Shown: positions 27,578 to 37,179, numbered from the stretch's first letter. The stretch is DNA of 64,000 nt from Thermoprotei archaeon (GCA_003649205.1 QMRC01000003.1:64001-128000); one strand, 5' to 3'. The notes: generated from the sequence alone by a model not told the origin. Made by a program: numbers and translations.

Positions 27578-29914
27578 TCACCTCCTTAGGTACTTTGAAC
27601 ATACCTCATGAAGTATAACCTCAAGAGTTGACCAATCGAGATCAGAGGACGAAGTACCTACCTCAAGTAACTTCTTCAAAACCTCAACAGCTATCTTATC
27701 TAGTAGCTCGAGAACTCTCCTATTAGTGGTACCTAGTACCTTGCAGTACTCACTCGGTTTCCTAAGGAGCTCATCATAGTTAAGACCAAGGTACTCAGCT
27801 ACTGCTCTACGTATTGATGGCCAGCTAGATGTATCATACCTCATAATTACGACTACGGTTTCAGCAAGCTCGTCGCTATCAGTTGGTGTCTTACCAAATA
27901 CATGCAGTCCCTTTTCTACCTGAGTACTCTTAATGAGTTCTAAGTACTTATGGAGTTCAGATACGATTTCATCCTCAGGTAAGTCTATCTTGAGAGGAAT
28001 ACCTAGCTTCTTGATCCTGGACACTAGTTCCCTATACAGCTCACTAGCACGTGATGTATCACTGAATCTACGAGCTCTCTCATACTGTTCCAGTAATTCA
28101 TCGAGTTCCTGGAGCGCTGAGTCAGTGAACATCATAGGTGGGTACATGTGGTCTATAATGATAGCGTAGCCACGTCTCTTAGCTATGACACCCTCCATAG
28201 GATTAGTCACGATGTAGATGTAGAGAAATGGTACGTCATCAATCGTTATCTCTGGCCAACACATAGGTGATAAGCCAACACCTTTTCCCGGTCTAAACTC
28301 GAGAGTGCCGTGCGTACCGAAGTGAATCACTACGTCAGCTCTAAATATCCTTGTAATCCATCTGTAGACAGCAAGCCACTGATGTGGTGGAGGAATCCTC
28401 GGGTTATGAAGTATCTTACAGACTCTACCATCACAAGCTGAACCTGCACACCCAAACTTAGGTTGAGGGATGATGACCACATTACCGAACCTAATTCCAG
28501 GAACGATGAACTTACCCTCGTAAACAGCACCAGCAAAAACCCTATCAACTTCACCACCTAGGATATCTCTTGGATCCCCCCACTCCTTAATCATCACCTC
28601 TCTAACACGTTCAGGTAATTCACTGAACCACCTCATGTACGTATCGAGATCTACAGAACCAACACAACCACCACGCTTAACAATGTCATCAGGTGAAGTC
28701 CATCTAAACTCACTCGTAGCTCTCTTCTCAAGCATCAACTCAATTAACTCCTTACCACTCTTCGGAAGCTCACCATCACCTAGGTAGTAACCTAACTCCT
28801 TCAACCTATGTAGAAACCTAACCAAACTCTCAGGAACGTCGAGACCCATAGCAACACCAATTGTTGCCTCAACTTGCTTACAAGGAGGATTATTGAGAAC
28901 AATAGCAATTCTCCTTTCACTAGGAGGTTTACGTCGAAGCTCAATCCACCTCCTAACTCTCCTAGCAATGTACTTCACGTGTGGAGAGAAAACCTCATAG
29001 ACTTTACATCCACCAACCTCCCTAGCACCACACAAGAAGATAGGCTCTCCAATACCATCGACTTCAGGCATAATAACTTCCCATACCTGAGCCATACTGG
29101 AAATACCTTGCTCGCTAGCAAGCCACTCCTCAACAGATCTATACGACTCCTTAACTACCTTGAGGACAGGAACACCAAGACTCCTAAATACATCCTCACA
29201 ATCCAAGTAAAAACTGAGGAAGGATAATATCAAATCAACAACAGGTCTACCATCCACCATAAAGAAGGTACGTACAGTATCAGCTACCGAGGGCTCACCA
29301 AGTACACCTAACCTATGGACACCAGGTGTAAAGACAGATACAACACCTAGCTCCTCATCCTCTAAAGCCTTGATCAACTCCACTACAGGAGCAACATCAC
29401 CATAGAGCCACCGAGACCTGTAGAATAGGATCCCAACGAGAGGTCTAGTTGAGTAGGGGTACTGCTCAAGGTACTGCTCTAGATCTGTGAACGTACCTAG
29501 CTCAGGATGCCAAATACCATGCCAGGGTACAGGTCTCGGATCAGGAGGTTCCTTAGGGTACTTACCTAAGATCCAGAGCAGGTACTGTATGAGGTACCTC
29601 AGATTCTCAACACCACCATACCTAAAGTACTGAATAGCTCTCTCAACCACGTGACTAGGTCCTTTACATAGATGCGAAGTAGCTTCAGAAGCACCAATCA
29701 CGATGCTACACCTATCAATGATCTTACTCAACAATGGAGGTACTTCATATGTATACAGGAACAATACCTCTACGTCTCTTAGCGCATGCTCGGGGATCTC
29801 GGTACCGGGAGAGAACACAGCTACGGTGCTACCGAATTCACGAGCAAGATCACGTAGCACAGAGAGAGCAGGATTGCCGTATCCAATGACAAAGACTAGC
29901 GAAGGCATATGCAA
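27578..29914 (-). CDS. cobN: CobN/ChlH-type chelatase large subunit, N-terminal half (start probably ATG 29908)
   Basis: GIWHP, MPEVDG, LRRKP...RIAIVL.N.P, HNPRIPPPHQWLA.Y, HFGTHGTLEF.PGK, GLHVFG. Confidence 0.92.
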   Translation of the reverse strand: MHMPSLVFVIGYGNPALSVLRDLAREFGSTVAVFSPGTEIPEHALRDVEVLFLYTYEVPPLLSKIIDRCSIVIGASEATSHLCKGPSHVVERAIQYFRYGGVENLRYLIQYLLWILGKYPKEPPDPRPVPWHGIWHPELGTFTDLEQYLEQYPYSTRPLVGILFYRSRWLYGDVAPVVELIKALEDEELGVVSVFTPGVHRLGVLGEPSVADTVRTFFMVDGRPVVDLILSFLSFYLDCEDVFRSLGVPVLKVVKESYRSVEEWLASEQGISSMAQVWEVIMPEVDGIGEPIFLCGAREVGGCKVYEVFSPHVKYIARRVRRWIELRRKPPSERRIAIVLNNPPCKQVEATIGVAMGLDVPESLVRFLHRLKELGYYLGDGELPKSGKELIELMLEKRATSEFRWTSPDDIVKRGGCVGSVDLDTYMRWFSELPERVREVMIKEWGDPRDILGGEVDRVFAGAVYEGKFIVPGIRFGNVVIIPQPKFGCAGSACDGRVCKILHNPRIPPPHQWLAVYRWITRIFRADVVIHFGTHGTLEFRPGKGVGLSPMCWPEITIDDVPFLYIYIVTNPMEGVIAKRRGYAIIIDHMYPPMMFTDSALQELDELLEQYERARRFSDTSRASELYRELVSRIKKLGIPLKIDLPEDEIVSELHKYLELIKSTQVEKGLHVFGKTPTDSDELAETVVVIMRYDTSSWPSIRRAVAEYLGLNYDELLRKPSEYCKVLGTTNRRVLELLDKIAVEVLKKLLEVGTSSSDLDWSTLEVILHEVCSKYLRR

Positions 29915-29975
29915 CTAGTAATACTGTTTAACGTAGATAGTATTTAACAGTTAGACACAGTAAAAAGAGGTGTAT

Positions 29976-30704
29976 TTACTCAACATATAGCACAAAACCA
30001 CTACCACCAGTACCTAACCTCTCAGGATACTTCCTACTTAGGTACCTCACAGCACCTAATCCACTACAGTGAAGTGGGTAAATTTTCTCAACACCTAACT
30101 CAACAAGTTTATCAAGACTATACGATGTAGGTGAGTGAAAACCACCAATAACAGCCACGGGGATCCCACCTATATCTTTAAGCACCTTCTCAACAATGCG
30201 TTCAATACCGGGGTGTGAACAACCACACAGAGTAACCAACTTACCACTCCTTACCTTAATGGCAAGAGCTATCTCGTAGAGACCAAAAGCTCCACTAGAT
30301 AACTCACCTACAACGTAAACTCCATCAGCAATCAGTGTTGTGGAGTGTACGGGCACTGGAGTGAGACCTAGATTACAGACGTAGTCAAGTAGGTAGCTAT
30401 GAGCAGGTACGTAGATAGGTCTACCTCGACAGAAGTTAGCAATCGCTTCAAGACCACCACTATGATCGTAGTGGTCATGGCTAATCACAATAGCATTGAG
30501 AGTAGATAAGTCAATACCTAGCTTCTCAGCATTGTACACCAACCTAGAACCATCAGTATCAGTATCGAATAGAACCCTCACACCTGGGGTCTCAACATAG
30601 ATTGAAAGACCCCAAGACGTGTAAAGGTCTTCTCGATAGACATTATTATCTATCACAACAATTACCTTAACCCAATCTGTATAGGAACGATACATCACAA
30701 ACAT
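29976..30704 (-). CDS. MBL-fold metallo-hydrolase (MJ0301-like family)
   Basis: WGLSIYVE, LFDT, ISHDHYDHSGG, GCSHPG, GGFH, HCSG. Confidence 0.88.
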   Translation of the reverse strand: MFVMYRSYTDWVKVIVVIDNNVYREDLYTSWGLSIYVETPGVRVLFDTDTDGSRLVYNAEKLGIDLSTLNAIVISHDHYDHSGGLEAIANFCRGRPIYVPAHSYLLDYVCNLGLTPVPVHSTTLIADGVYVVGELSSGAFGLYEIALAIKVRSGKLVTLCGCSHPGIERIVEKVLKDIGGIPVAVIGGFHSPTSYSLDKLVELGVEKIYPLHCSGLGAVRYLSRKYPERLGTGGSGFVLYVE

Positions 30705-30858
30705 CAGTACCTAAGTGGGTGCTATAAAAATTAGACAAAGCCTAAGGACTTGAGAGCAATCTCGCTGATGACATCTACATCAGCGATCAAGGCTACATCA
30801 CTTCAAGCAGTCAGGTACACGTCTACCACGTAGTAGGTACCTGTAGGATGTAGATGAG

Positions 30859-30908
30859 TCAGCAAACACCACCCTCATCCTTAAGTCAGAGTGTAGGATT
30901 CTCATCAC
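30859..30908 (-). ncRNA. C/D-box sRNA
   Basis: Minus strand GTGATGA-gaatcctacact-CTGA-ctta-AGGATGA-gggtggtgtttg-CTGA. Confidence 0.8.
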
Positions 30909-30991
30909 GGTAGAATGAGTAGTTACGCTTAGTGTTCAATGAGTGAGGTTCGTAAAAAAGATACCTCTGTTCCAGTGATCTATTCTACTCC

Positions 30992-31855
30992 CTATTTTGT
31001 GAGGAGTGTGGTTGCTCTCTGTAGTGTTGTTACGAGTAGATCTGCTGTTGCGCCAAGTATCTCAGGTACCAGGTACATCGTTGTGAAGTTCTTTAGGTAT
31101 GGCTTCAGTACATCAACTAATTTCGTAGCTATCTGTGGTGGTATTGGTCTATTCCTCCAGTGCCAATGTATGTGTACCTCAGCTACTCCTGATCTCTGAC
31201 ATAGCTCACTAAGCGTCTCTAGCTCGTACTTAAGGAGATCTATTGCCTCACCTTCACTTAGGTTGTACCTAATCTGTAGCGCTGTTACTAGTTGTGATAT
31301 GTCAAGTACTGGAATCACCTTCGTGGGTATGGTATCTACCGTCTTGAGGAGAAGTGCTAGGTCTGTCAGTGTCGAGATTACCTGTGGTCTCCTCATGGTT
31401 GGTGCTCCTGTTCTAGGCTCTATAGCTATAGCTACCTTATCTCCTAAGCTCTGTACCTGGTTTGCTAGTTCAATCAATGCTTTCTTAAATGCGCTTAGAG
31501 GTACGAAGCCTGGATGAAGCTCAATACATACCCTGTACTCCAGCTTACACAACTCCTCAGTTAGTGCTTTGATTCTGTTGATGTACTTACTACACTGCTC
31601 ACTCGATGTCCATGGTGGATTCATGTACTCTGTATGTAGTACGACAGTGACATCTAGATCCCTAGCTACGTTCCTTAACTCGGTCATGATCTGCGTACAG
31701 ACCTTAGCTCTCGTATCTACATCAGCCGCTCTATCTAGCGATAGCGGGTAGAAGATACCACAGCTTCTAGCTCTCAATCTCCTCAATTGTGTTGTGAGTA
31801 CTGGTACCCTAGCTGTTCTCCAATTCCACAGCGGTAGTACTGGAACAACCTGCAT
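30992..31855 (-). CDS. Hypothetical protein, probable xylose-isomerase/AP-endonuclease-2-like TIM barrel
   Basis: VVLH, IAIEP, VLDISQ, EVHIH, LVPE spaced like metal ligands of that fold. Confidence 0.55.
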   Translation of the reverse strand: MQVVPVLPLWNWRTARVPVLTTQLRRLRARSCGIFYPLSLDRAADVDTRAKVCTQIMTELRNVARDLDVTVVLHTEYMNPPWTSSEQCSKYINRIKALTEELCKLEYRVCIELHPGFVPLSAFKKALIELANQVQSLGDKVAIAIEPRTGAPTMRRPQVISTLTDLALLLKTVDTIPTKVIPVLDISQLVTALQIRYNLSEGEAIDLLKYELETLSELCQRSGVAEVHIHWHWRNRPIPPQIATKLVDVLKPYLKNFTTMYLVPEILGATADLLVTTLQRATTLLTK

Positions 31856-31958
31856 GTAGACACCTCTTCAGTACTTTAATTTAACTAATTTAACTCTGGG
31901 TTTTTCCAATTTTCCTAAGGGTCTAAGGTAGCTTGTACGTAGTTTATAAGTGTATGTG

Positions 31959-32135
31959 TTACCTACTCAGTGCTTTCTGCGCTTTTCTCTTACCTTGTTT
32001 TCTCTTAAGTAGGATTCCCTGTCTTTTAGCCCAAATGAGTTGCCACTTGTAGCTCCAGAGCCACCAGAGAATCCACTTCCATCTTCTTCTCCAATGTCTC
32101 TTTCCTCTTCTCGTTGGATACCCTATTCTGACCAT
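31959..32135 (-). CDS. Unannotated 58-aa Arg/Lys/Trp-rich small protein
   Basis: Manual translation: MVRIGYPTRRGKRHWRRRWKWILWWLWSYKWQLIWAKRQGILLKRKQGKRKAQKALSR*. AGA/AAG codon usage matches neighbouring genes. Shorter than any ORF in the supplied track. Confidence 0.7.
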   Translation of the reverse strand: MVRIGYPTRRGKRHWRRRWKWILWWLWSYKWQLIWAKRQGILLKRKQGKRKAQKALSR

Positions 32136-32157
32136 AGCTATTGGACAAGGTTATTAT

Positions 32158-32739
32158 GTGGGTGAGTTATCTCTTACTTCGTTGAGAGCCATGGATACGA
32201 TACTACATAAAGTAATTGAGGAGGGAAGGAGCTTCTTCACCATTGGGTTCGCTACTGTACTTTATCGCGGTACATACGCTAAGGTACCTATGCTGTTATA
32301 CTTCGACTTAACTCATGGATTTGTTCAGTCAGTCCTGAAGTTAGTGAGGAGGTATGGTGGTTGTGATTTAGAAGTTGAGCTGGGATTGTGTAATGAGGTG
32401 TTGAGAGTTATCTTGAGAGCACTCAGTATTGGTGAGGAGATTCCACTAGAACTCTCGTTTAGTGGTTTAGCTAAGTACCGTGATCTAGTTAGGAGGTTGA
32501 GGAATTACAGTGAAGCTGTTCTACAGGTGTATTCATTCACTAGTGATCGTACGGGGTACTATAGACTAGTTTCATCACTTTCATGTAGTTTCATCGGTGA
32601 GGGCTTGATTTACTTTGGTAGAGTTGAGAAGATCTTTGAGGGTGATCTTGAGAACATGATGATTAGAGAGGTTTGGCCTAGAGAGAGCACGTGGGTTTCA
32701 GTTCATGAGCTAAGTAGAAGAGCATTGAGTATACACTAG
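32158..32739 (+). CDS. Hypothetical protein
   Basis: 193-aa ORF with genome-typical codon usage. Confidence 0.55.
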   Translation: MGELSLTSLRAMDTILHKVIEEGRSFFTIGFATVLYRGTYAKVPMLLYFDLTHGFVQSVLKLVRRYGGCDLEVELGLCNEVLRVILRALSIGEEIPLELSFSGLAKYRDLVRRLRNYSEAVLQVYSFTSDRTGYYRLVSSLSCSFIGEGLIYFGRVEKIFEGDLENMMIREVWPRESTWVSVHELSRRALSIH

Positions 32740-33012
32740 CCGCTAATTTTTCTCTCACTCCTGATACGATGTATGATACTTAGTATGCATACTAGCAACT
32801 ACCTTTCTTGAAGAATTAGGTACTGTCTCCTCAGCATACCCCTCCTATGGAGATATAAGCAGTTACTAGTAGGAATGGCACTAAGCCAACTAATACCTCT
32901 CAAGACATAACTCAATAATGCTTGACCCATTAACTGGATGGGTAGTGGATTTCACTTTACGCGATGAAATTAACTAGGTTACTCGAGGGAGGTCAGTAAG
33001 TTAGTTATGCTG

Positions 33013-34377
33013 CTACAGTAGCGTCACTACCATGAGCATTGTGTACAGACATGTCTGAACTACATTCCTTATCGAAACCTTTCTGTACCTTGCACAGGAA
33101 TTGAGTTCATGAAGATGCTTCTCCACCTTCTTAACCACATTACCTTTAATTGTACTCGGTACTGTTCTCCCTCTAGTAGTCTCGTACCTAATACATTGAT
33201 GTAGTAGACCATACTTAAGTGCGGTAGTGTAGAGGTAGTGAACTACGTAGCTACTGACTATATCAGCAACAGTAGCTGATTCCGTAGAGGTACCATGTGA
33301 CTTAATCCACTTATCCTGAATCTCTGTATTCACTAAATCGAGAGGTGTCATGTGGTCAAGAGCTTCGTAGTAAGGATTATCACTCGATACGTACTTTCTC
33401 AAGATCTCAAGATTCTTCCTTAAATTCCTCAATTCGAATCTTAACTTCCTGAGCGAGAGCAAGAATACCTCCCTCCTCGGAATACCAGTGGGTGCTGTAT
33501 CTGAAATCCTCTCATCAACAACGTACGGAACCTCAGCAACGACCTCAAGCACATCACCACTAAACCCCTCAATGAAGTCACCACTAGATCCACCGAACTT
33601 AAGGACATCTACAGGTACCCTACCGAGAACGCTCTCAACAACATCACAGTAATCCCTTGCACGAGGTACCCTATACACCGCAGTATCAAGCTTGATCACG
33701 TATGGTGGTCTAAATTCACTGGCGTAGAGAGGAAGCTTGAATCTCTCAGATATGGCACGTAGATACCTATACAGCTCAGGTGAGTGCCTAGATAGGTAGT
33801 ACGCAAGACCTCTAAAGAAACAGGAACGAAATTGAAAAATGAACTGTGGCTTATAGTCATTAACCAACTTCATAATTGCTTCAGTCTCTGGTAATGGCTT
33901 ACTCCATCTCAATTCCTTATACTCAATAGGGAATGTAGATTCAACACATAGCGACGGGGGAGGAACATAGTGATTAAGAATGAGCTTCTCTACGGAAGAC
34001 ACATCCCTAAACCACTCCTCATTAAACCTAGCACCTAAGGCATCAACGACCTTAACGATGATCCACGTAGTATCACTAACCATCCAAACCTCAGGTCTCT
34101 TAACCATGTACCAACTCAAGTAATCTAGAGCAAGAGCACTAGCAGGGTCATCAGGATACACCAAACCAAGAGCAAGAACAACCCTACTACCTCTACCAAT
34201 CCTAGTAGCTAAAATAGGGTCGCCAGATCTAGAGCAACTCACCTCAAAAACCTCAACCCTATCACTAAATCTCCTACCCAATTCCCTAGTACTGGAGGTA
34301 AGCTCGTCAACAAGTGGAAATCTACTGTATTCAGGAACAGCTTCTACACACTCAACAACTTCACGAACAACCATCAA
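33013..34377 (-). CDS. M14 zinc-carboxypeptidase-like protein, degenerate active site
   Basis: VP.Y..F..VDEL, SRSGDPI....IGRG, LPETEA.M..++..KP.F+; the expected H.xE and H zinc ligands are replaced. Confidence 0.65.
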   Translation of the reverse strand: MMVVREVVECVEAVPEYSRFPLVDELTSSTRELGRRFSDRVEVFEVSCSRSGDPILATRIGRGSRVVLALGLVYPDDPASALALDYLSWYMVKRPEVWMVSDTTWIIVKVVDALGARFNEEWFRDVSSVEKLILNHYVPPPSLCVESTFPIEYKELRWSKPLPETEAIMKLVNDYKPQFIFQFRSCFFRGLAYYLSRHSPELYRYLRAISERFKLPLYASEFRPPYVIKLDTAVYRVPRARDYCDVVESVLGRVPVDVLKFGGSSGDFIEGFSGDVLEVVAEVPYVVDERISDTAPTGIPRREVFLLSLRKLRFELRNLRKNLEILRKYVSSDNPYYEALDHMTPLDLVNTEIQDKWIKSHGTSTESATVADIVSSYVVHYLYTTALKYGLLHQCIRYETTRGRTVPSTIKGNVVKKVEKHLHELNSCARYRKVSIRNVVQTCLYTMLMVVTLL

Positions 34378-34450
34378 GCTATGAGTACATTTGAGTACTA
34401 AATAAGGTAACTAGTAATTTAGTGAGAACTGGGCTCTTAGATGCTGTTCC

Positions 34451-35443
34451 TCAGTGAACTGAAGCTAGCTTCTTCAACACATGAATGAATGTAGTGAACA
34501 ACACCCCTACCACAAACATAGTTAGTGAAGTAGTGAGAGTATACATGAGTAAGCTCCATGGATCTAGCATCAATGCACGTACTACCTGTGGCACCGCATG
34601 AAATATTAGATTGGATGTGAGTAGTGTAAGTAGCATTAGCACTAGGTACCACTTTACTCCTCGCATCTGTGCTATAGGTCTGAGGAGGTAAGTAATGACA
34701 AGTGGAGGTAGCAGTACTGAGGTAAGTGGTACGTCATAGCGCACGGCATGATACACCACATACTCACGTTCAATTCTCCTACCCCCAATCCAGGTAACTG
34801 CATGACATAACACAGGTGCTTTATACTTAAATGAAAACTTCACAGGACTAGCTATTGGCAAGGTCATGAGGATAGTGAGGAGAACTACAGCGACTATCAC
34901 CAGAAAGTACTTCCACAATCCATGACCTAAAATCCTCTTAAGGCTACCATACTGCATTGTAGGTGATGTAGTAACCTCATAGATCGCTATACCCAGTGAA
35001 AATACCACAGTAGAGAGCAGTGTCAGAGTCAAAGCTATACTCTCGTAACCATACCTAGTACTCAACCCATATGCTGACAATAGTAGAGATAGACCAATTA
35101 CAAATATCAGTACGTACCTCATTGATACACCACCTTCATACCTAGGTACGAGGTACCTACTCAATATAGTGGTAATACTGTGGTAAGTCCTTAGATCCTG
35201 AAGAACTCTAGATAGATCAACCTTCTCAAGTGGACCTACGTAACACCATTCCCTACCATGCTTGACATATACGTAGATCTTACCCGATAACTCCTTAAGA
35301 ACAACACTACCAACTCTACCACACCTAGGACATACACCACGACCAATAACACGAGACGACATAAGTAGCTCTGTAGAGAATGCTGAGAGCACTCCTATTA
35401 ATGGTAACACATGTGGTAAGGGTATTAGTAACTTCAGGTCCAT
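34451..35443 (-). CDS. Membrane protein with N-terminal Zn-ribbon-like module (start probably ATG 35362)
   Basis: CPRCG...YVYVKHG..WCYVGP followed by about 6 TM segments. Confidence 0.65.
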   Translation of the reverse strand: MDLKLLIPLPHVLPLIGVLSAFSTELLMSSRVIGRGVCPRCGRVGSVVLKELSGKIYVYVKHGREWCYVGPLEKVDLSRVLQDLRTYHSITTILSRYLVPRYEGGVSMRYVLIFVIGLSLLLSAYGLSTRYGYESIALTLTLLSTVVFSLGIAIYEVTTSPTMQYGSLKRILGHGLWKYFLVIVAVVLLTILMTLPIASPVKFSFKYKAPVLCHAVTWIGGRRIEREYVVYHAVRYDVPLTSVLLPPLVITYLLRPIAQMRGVKWYLVLMLLTLLTSNLIFHAVPQVVRALMLDPWSLLMYTLTTSLTMFVVGVLFTTFIHVLKKLASVH

Positions 35444-35591
35444 TATTCACCCTACTACATGGGTAGTACCTCGTTTGAAGAGGTAATAGACTACCTGGTA
35501 AGCAAGTAGTTCTAGTACTGCTACTCATTGAACTCCTCCTACTACCACTTATGCACTAAGAGAATACTCATCATCTGCAGGGACCTACTCA

Positions 35592-36105
35592 GTGATACTT
35601 GAAGGACTTAGGAACGCAATGATAAATACAATGGTTGAGCTACTTTGGCTGGCATTAATTATCCACGTAGTGTCTCTCCTAGCTATCCTCCTCGTAATGT
35701 TGAGACATAAGTTAGCTACTATGTTCATCGTTCTCTGTGCCGTGCCATATCTCGTGATAGCTATTGGTCAGAGCATAGGTATTAGTGAGAGGTACGGGAT
35801 GATGATCATATGGGTAATCAGGTCTAGCTCTCTTAGTCGCTACGTCGTGGATTTGAGAGTGCATTGCTAAGAGATGACTTTACAGGGATTCTCAATCGAG
35901 GTTTACTGTGGTTAATGCCATTTACTACGCTAGCATTTTGACCACCTTCAGGACCTAGACCTGACCTCACTTACCTACTTAGACACTTGATAGCTGGTTA
36001 CTTCGGTGCAGCTTACTGCTTGTCAACACCTGTCGTATTGACCATAATGCTTCTTCACTATCCGAGGATTAATGTTCTGAGGTTAACCACCTTTCTAGGA
36101 CTTTA
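35592..36105 (+). pseudogene. Probable decayed membrane-protein gene (CPBP/CAAX-protease-like)
   Basis: Hydrophobic 92-aa ORF ends at TAA and continues in frame EMTLQGF (resembles EExxxRG); fragmented hydrophobic frames follow. Confidence 0.3.
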
Positions 36106-36227
36106 ATTTGCTGTAATGAGTGTTCTTTCACAATTTGAGTACCCAGAGTGTTGATGTGCAGAGCCTTTTAGGGAGGAGCAGTATTACACATACCACTACT
36201 CGTAATATTTCTTTACATTTGTACTAC

Positions 36228-37094
36228 TCATTTTGAGGAGGAGGTCAATACCTTAGTACGAGGTATTGTAGCTACGATTATAGCCACGGTTAGCGAGGCT
36301 AGTAGTGACAACATACCGACAGGCATTGAGTACAGCTCATCCTCTATGTCCACTGTAAGCTTCATTAATCCAGCTAGTGCATTTATAGCTCCATGCATAG
36401 TAGCGGCTGGAAGAACGCTACCACTAACCTCTCTTAGGTACAGCATTATGTAGCTCCATACGGAGCAGATGAGTATGAACATACCTAATCCCACGATATC
36501 TCTGTGATGTGGGTAGTTGTAACCTAGGAACAGTATGAGGGGGGCGTGCCATAGTGCCCATATAGTTCCAATGATGATCGATGAGAGAGTAGTTCCGAAT
36601 TTAGGTCTGAGTAGTATGTAGAGATACCCTCTCCATCCAATTTCTTCACCAAGTGCAAAAGCTGTATTGATCGTTATGGCGGCTACATATGTTCCAACTA
36701 GTGTAGTTATGAGTACGGTGATAGGACCGAACATCTTAGCTAGAGGTAGCTCAGCTATTGGATTCACTACTCTAAATCCAAGTAGGTACGCATAGAGTGT
36801 ACCTAGTGCATATACGGCGTAAGGCACTCCAGCACCTATGAAGAAGTACTTCAGATTCTTCGTGCTTAACCGAATACCTAACTCCTTTAATTCTCTAAGG
36901 ATTGGTTTCCTAGTGAGTACGATCACTGTTATAACTGCTAGGAATGGTGCGTACATTCTAGCTGCGAGGATGAGGGGTACGTACTTCATCTCCACTATCT
37001 TGAGAATTACAGGGATGTCCATGAGGTATGCTATGGTATATGCCACGGCTATGTAGACTAGTAGGCCTTGGAGGTTTTTGATTAGGGTGCTCAC
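36228..37094 (-). CDS. CPBP (Abi/CAAX) intramembrane glutamic endopeptidase
   Basis: GEEIGWRG, WALWHAP, ATMHGAIN. Confidence 0.93.
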   Translation of the reverse strand: MSTLIKNLQGLLVYIAVAYTIAYLMDIPVILKIVEMKYVPLILAARMYAPFLAVITVIVLTRKPILRELKELGIRLSTKNLKYFFIGAGVPYAVYALGTLYAYLLGFRVVNPIAELPLAKMFGPITVLITTLVGTYVAAITINTAFALGEEIGWRGYLYILLRPKFGTTLSSIIIGTIWALWHAPLILFLGYNYPHHRDIVGLGMFILICSVWSYIMLYLREVSGSVLPAATMHGAINALAGLMKLTVDIEDELYSMPVGMLSLLASLTVAIIVATIPRTKVLTSSSK

Positions 37095-37179
37095 GTGGTA
37101 TCTTCCTTGGGGTAGGTATTTGTGGATTTCTCTCCAGTTATCCTCAGTAGTTATTCTTTTTAAGGAGGATTTTACTTAG

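Noticed and set aside
32740-33012. Short ORF-like stretch between convergent genes
   Set aside because: Only a frame of about 35 codons with no SD or motif.
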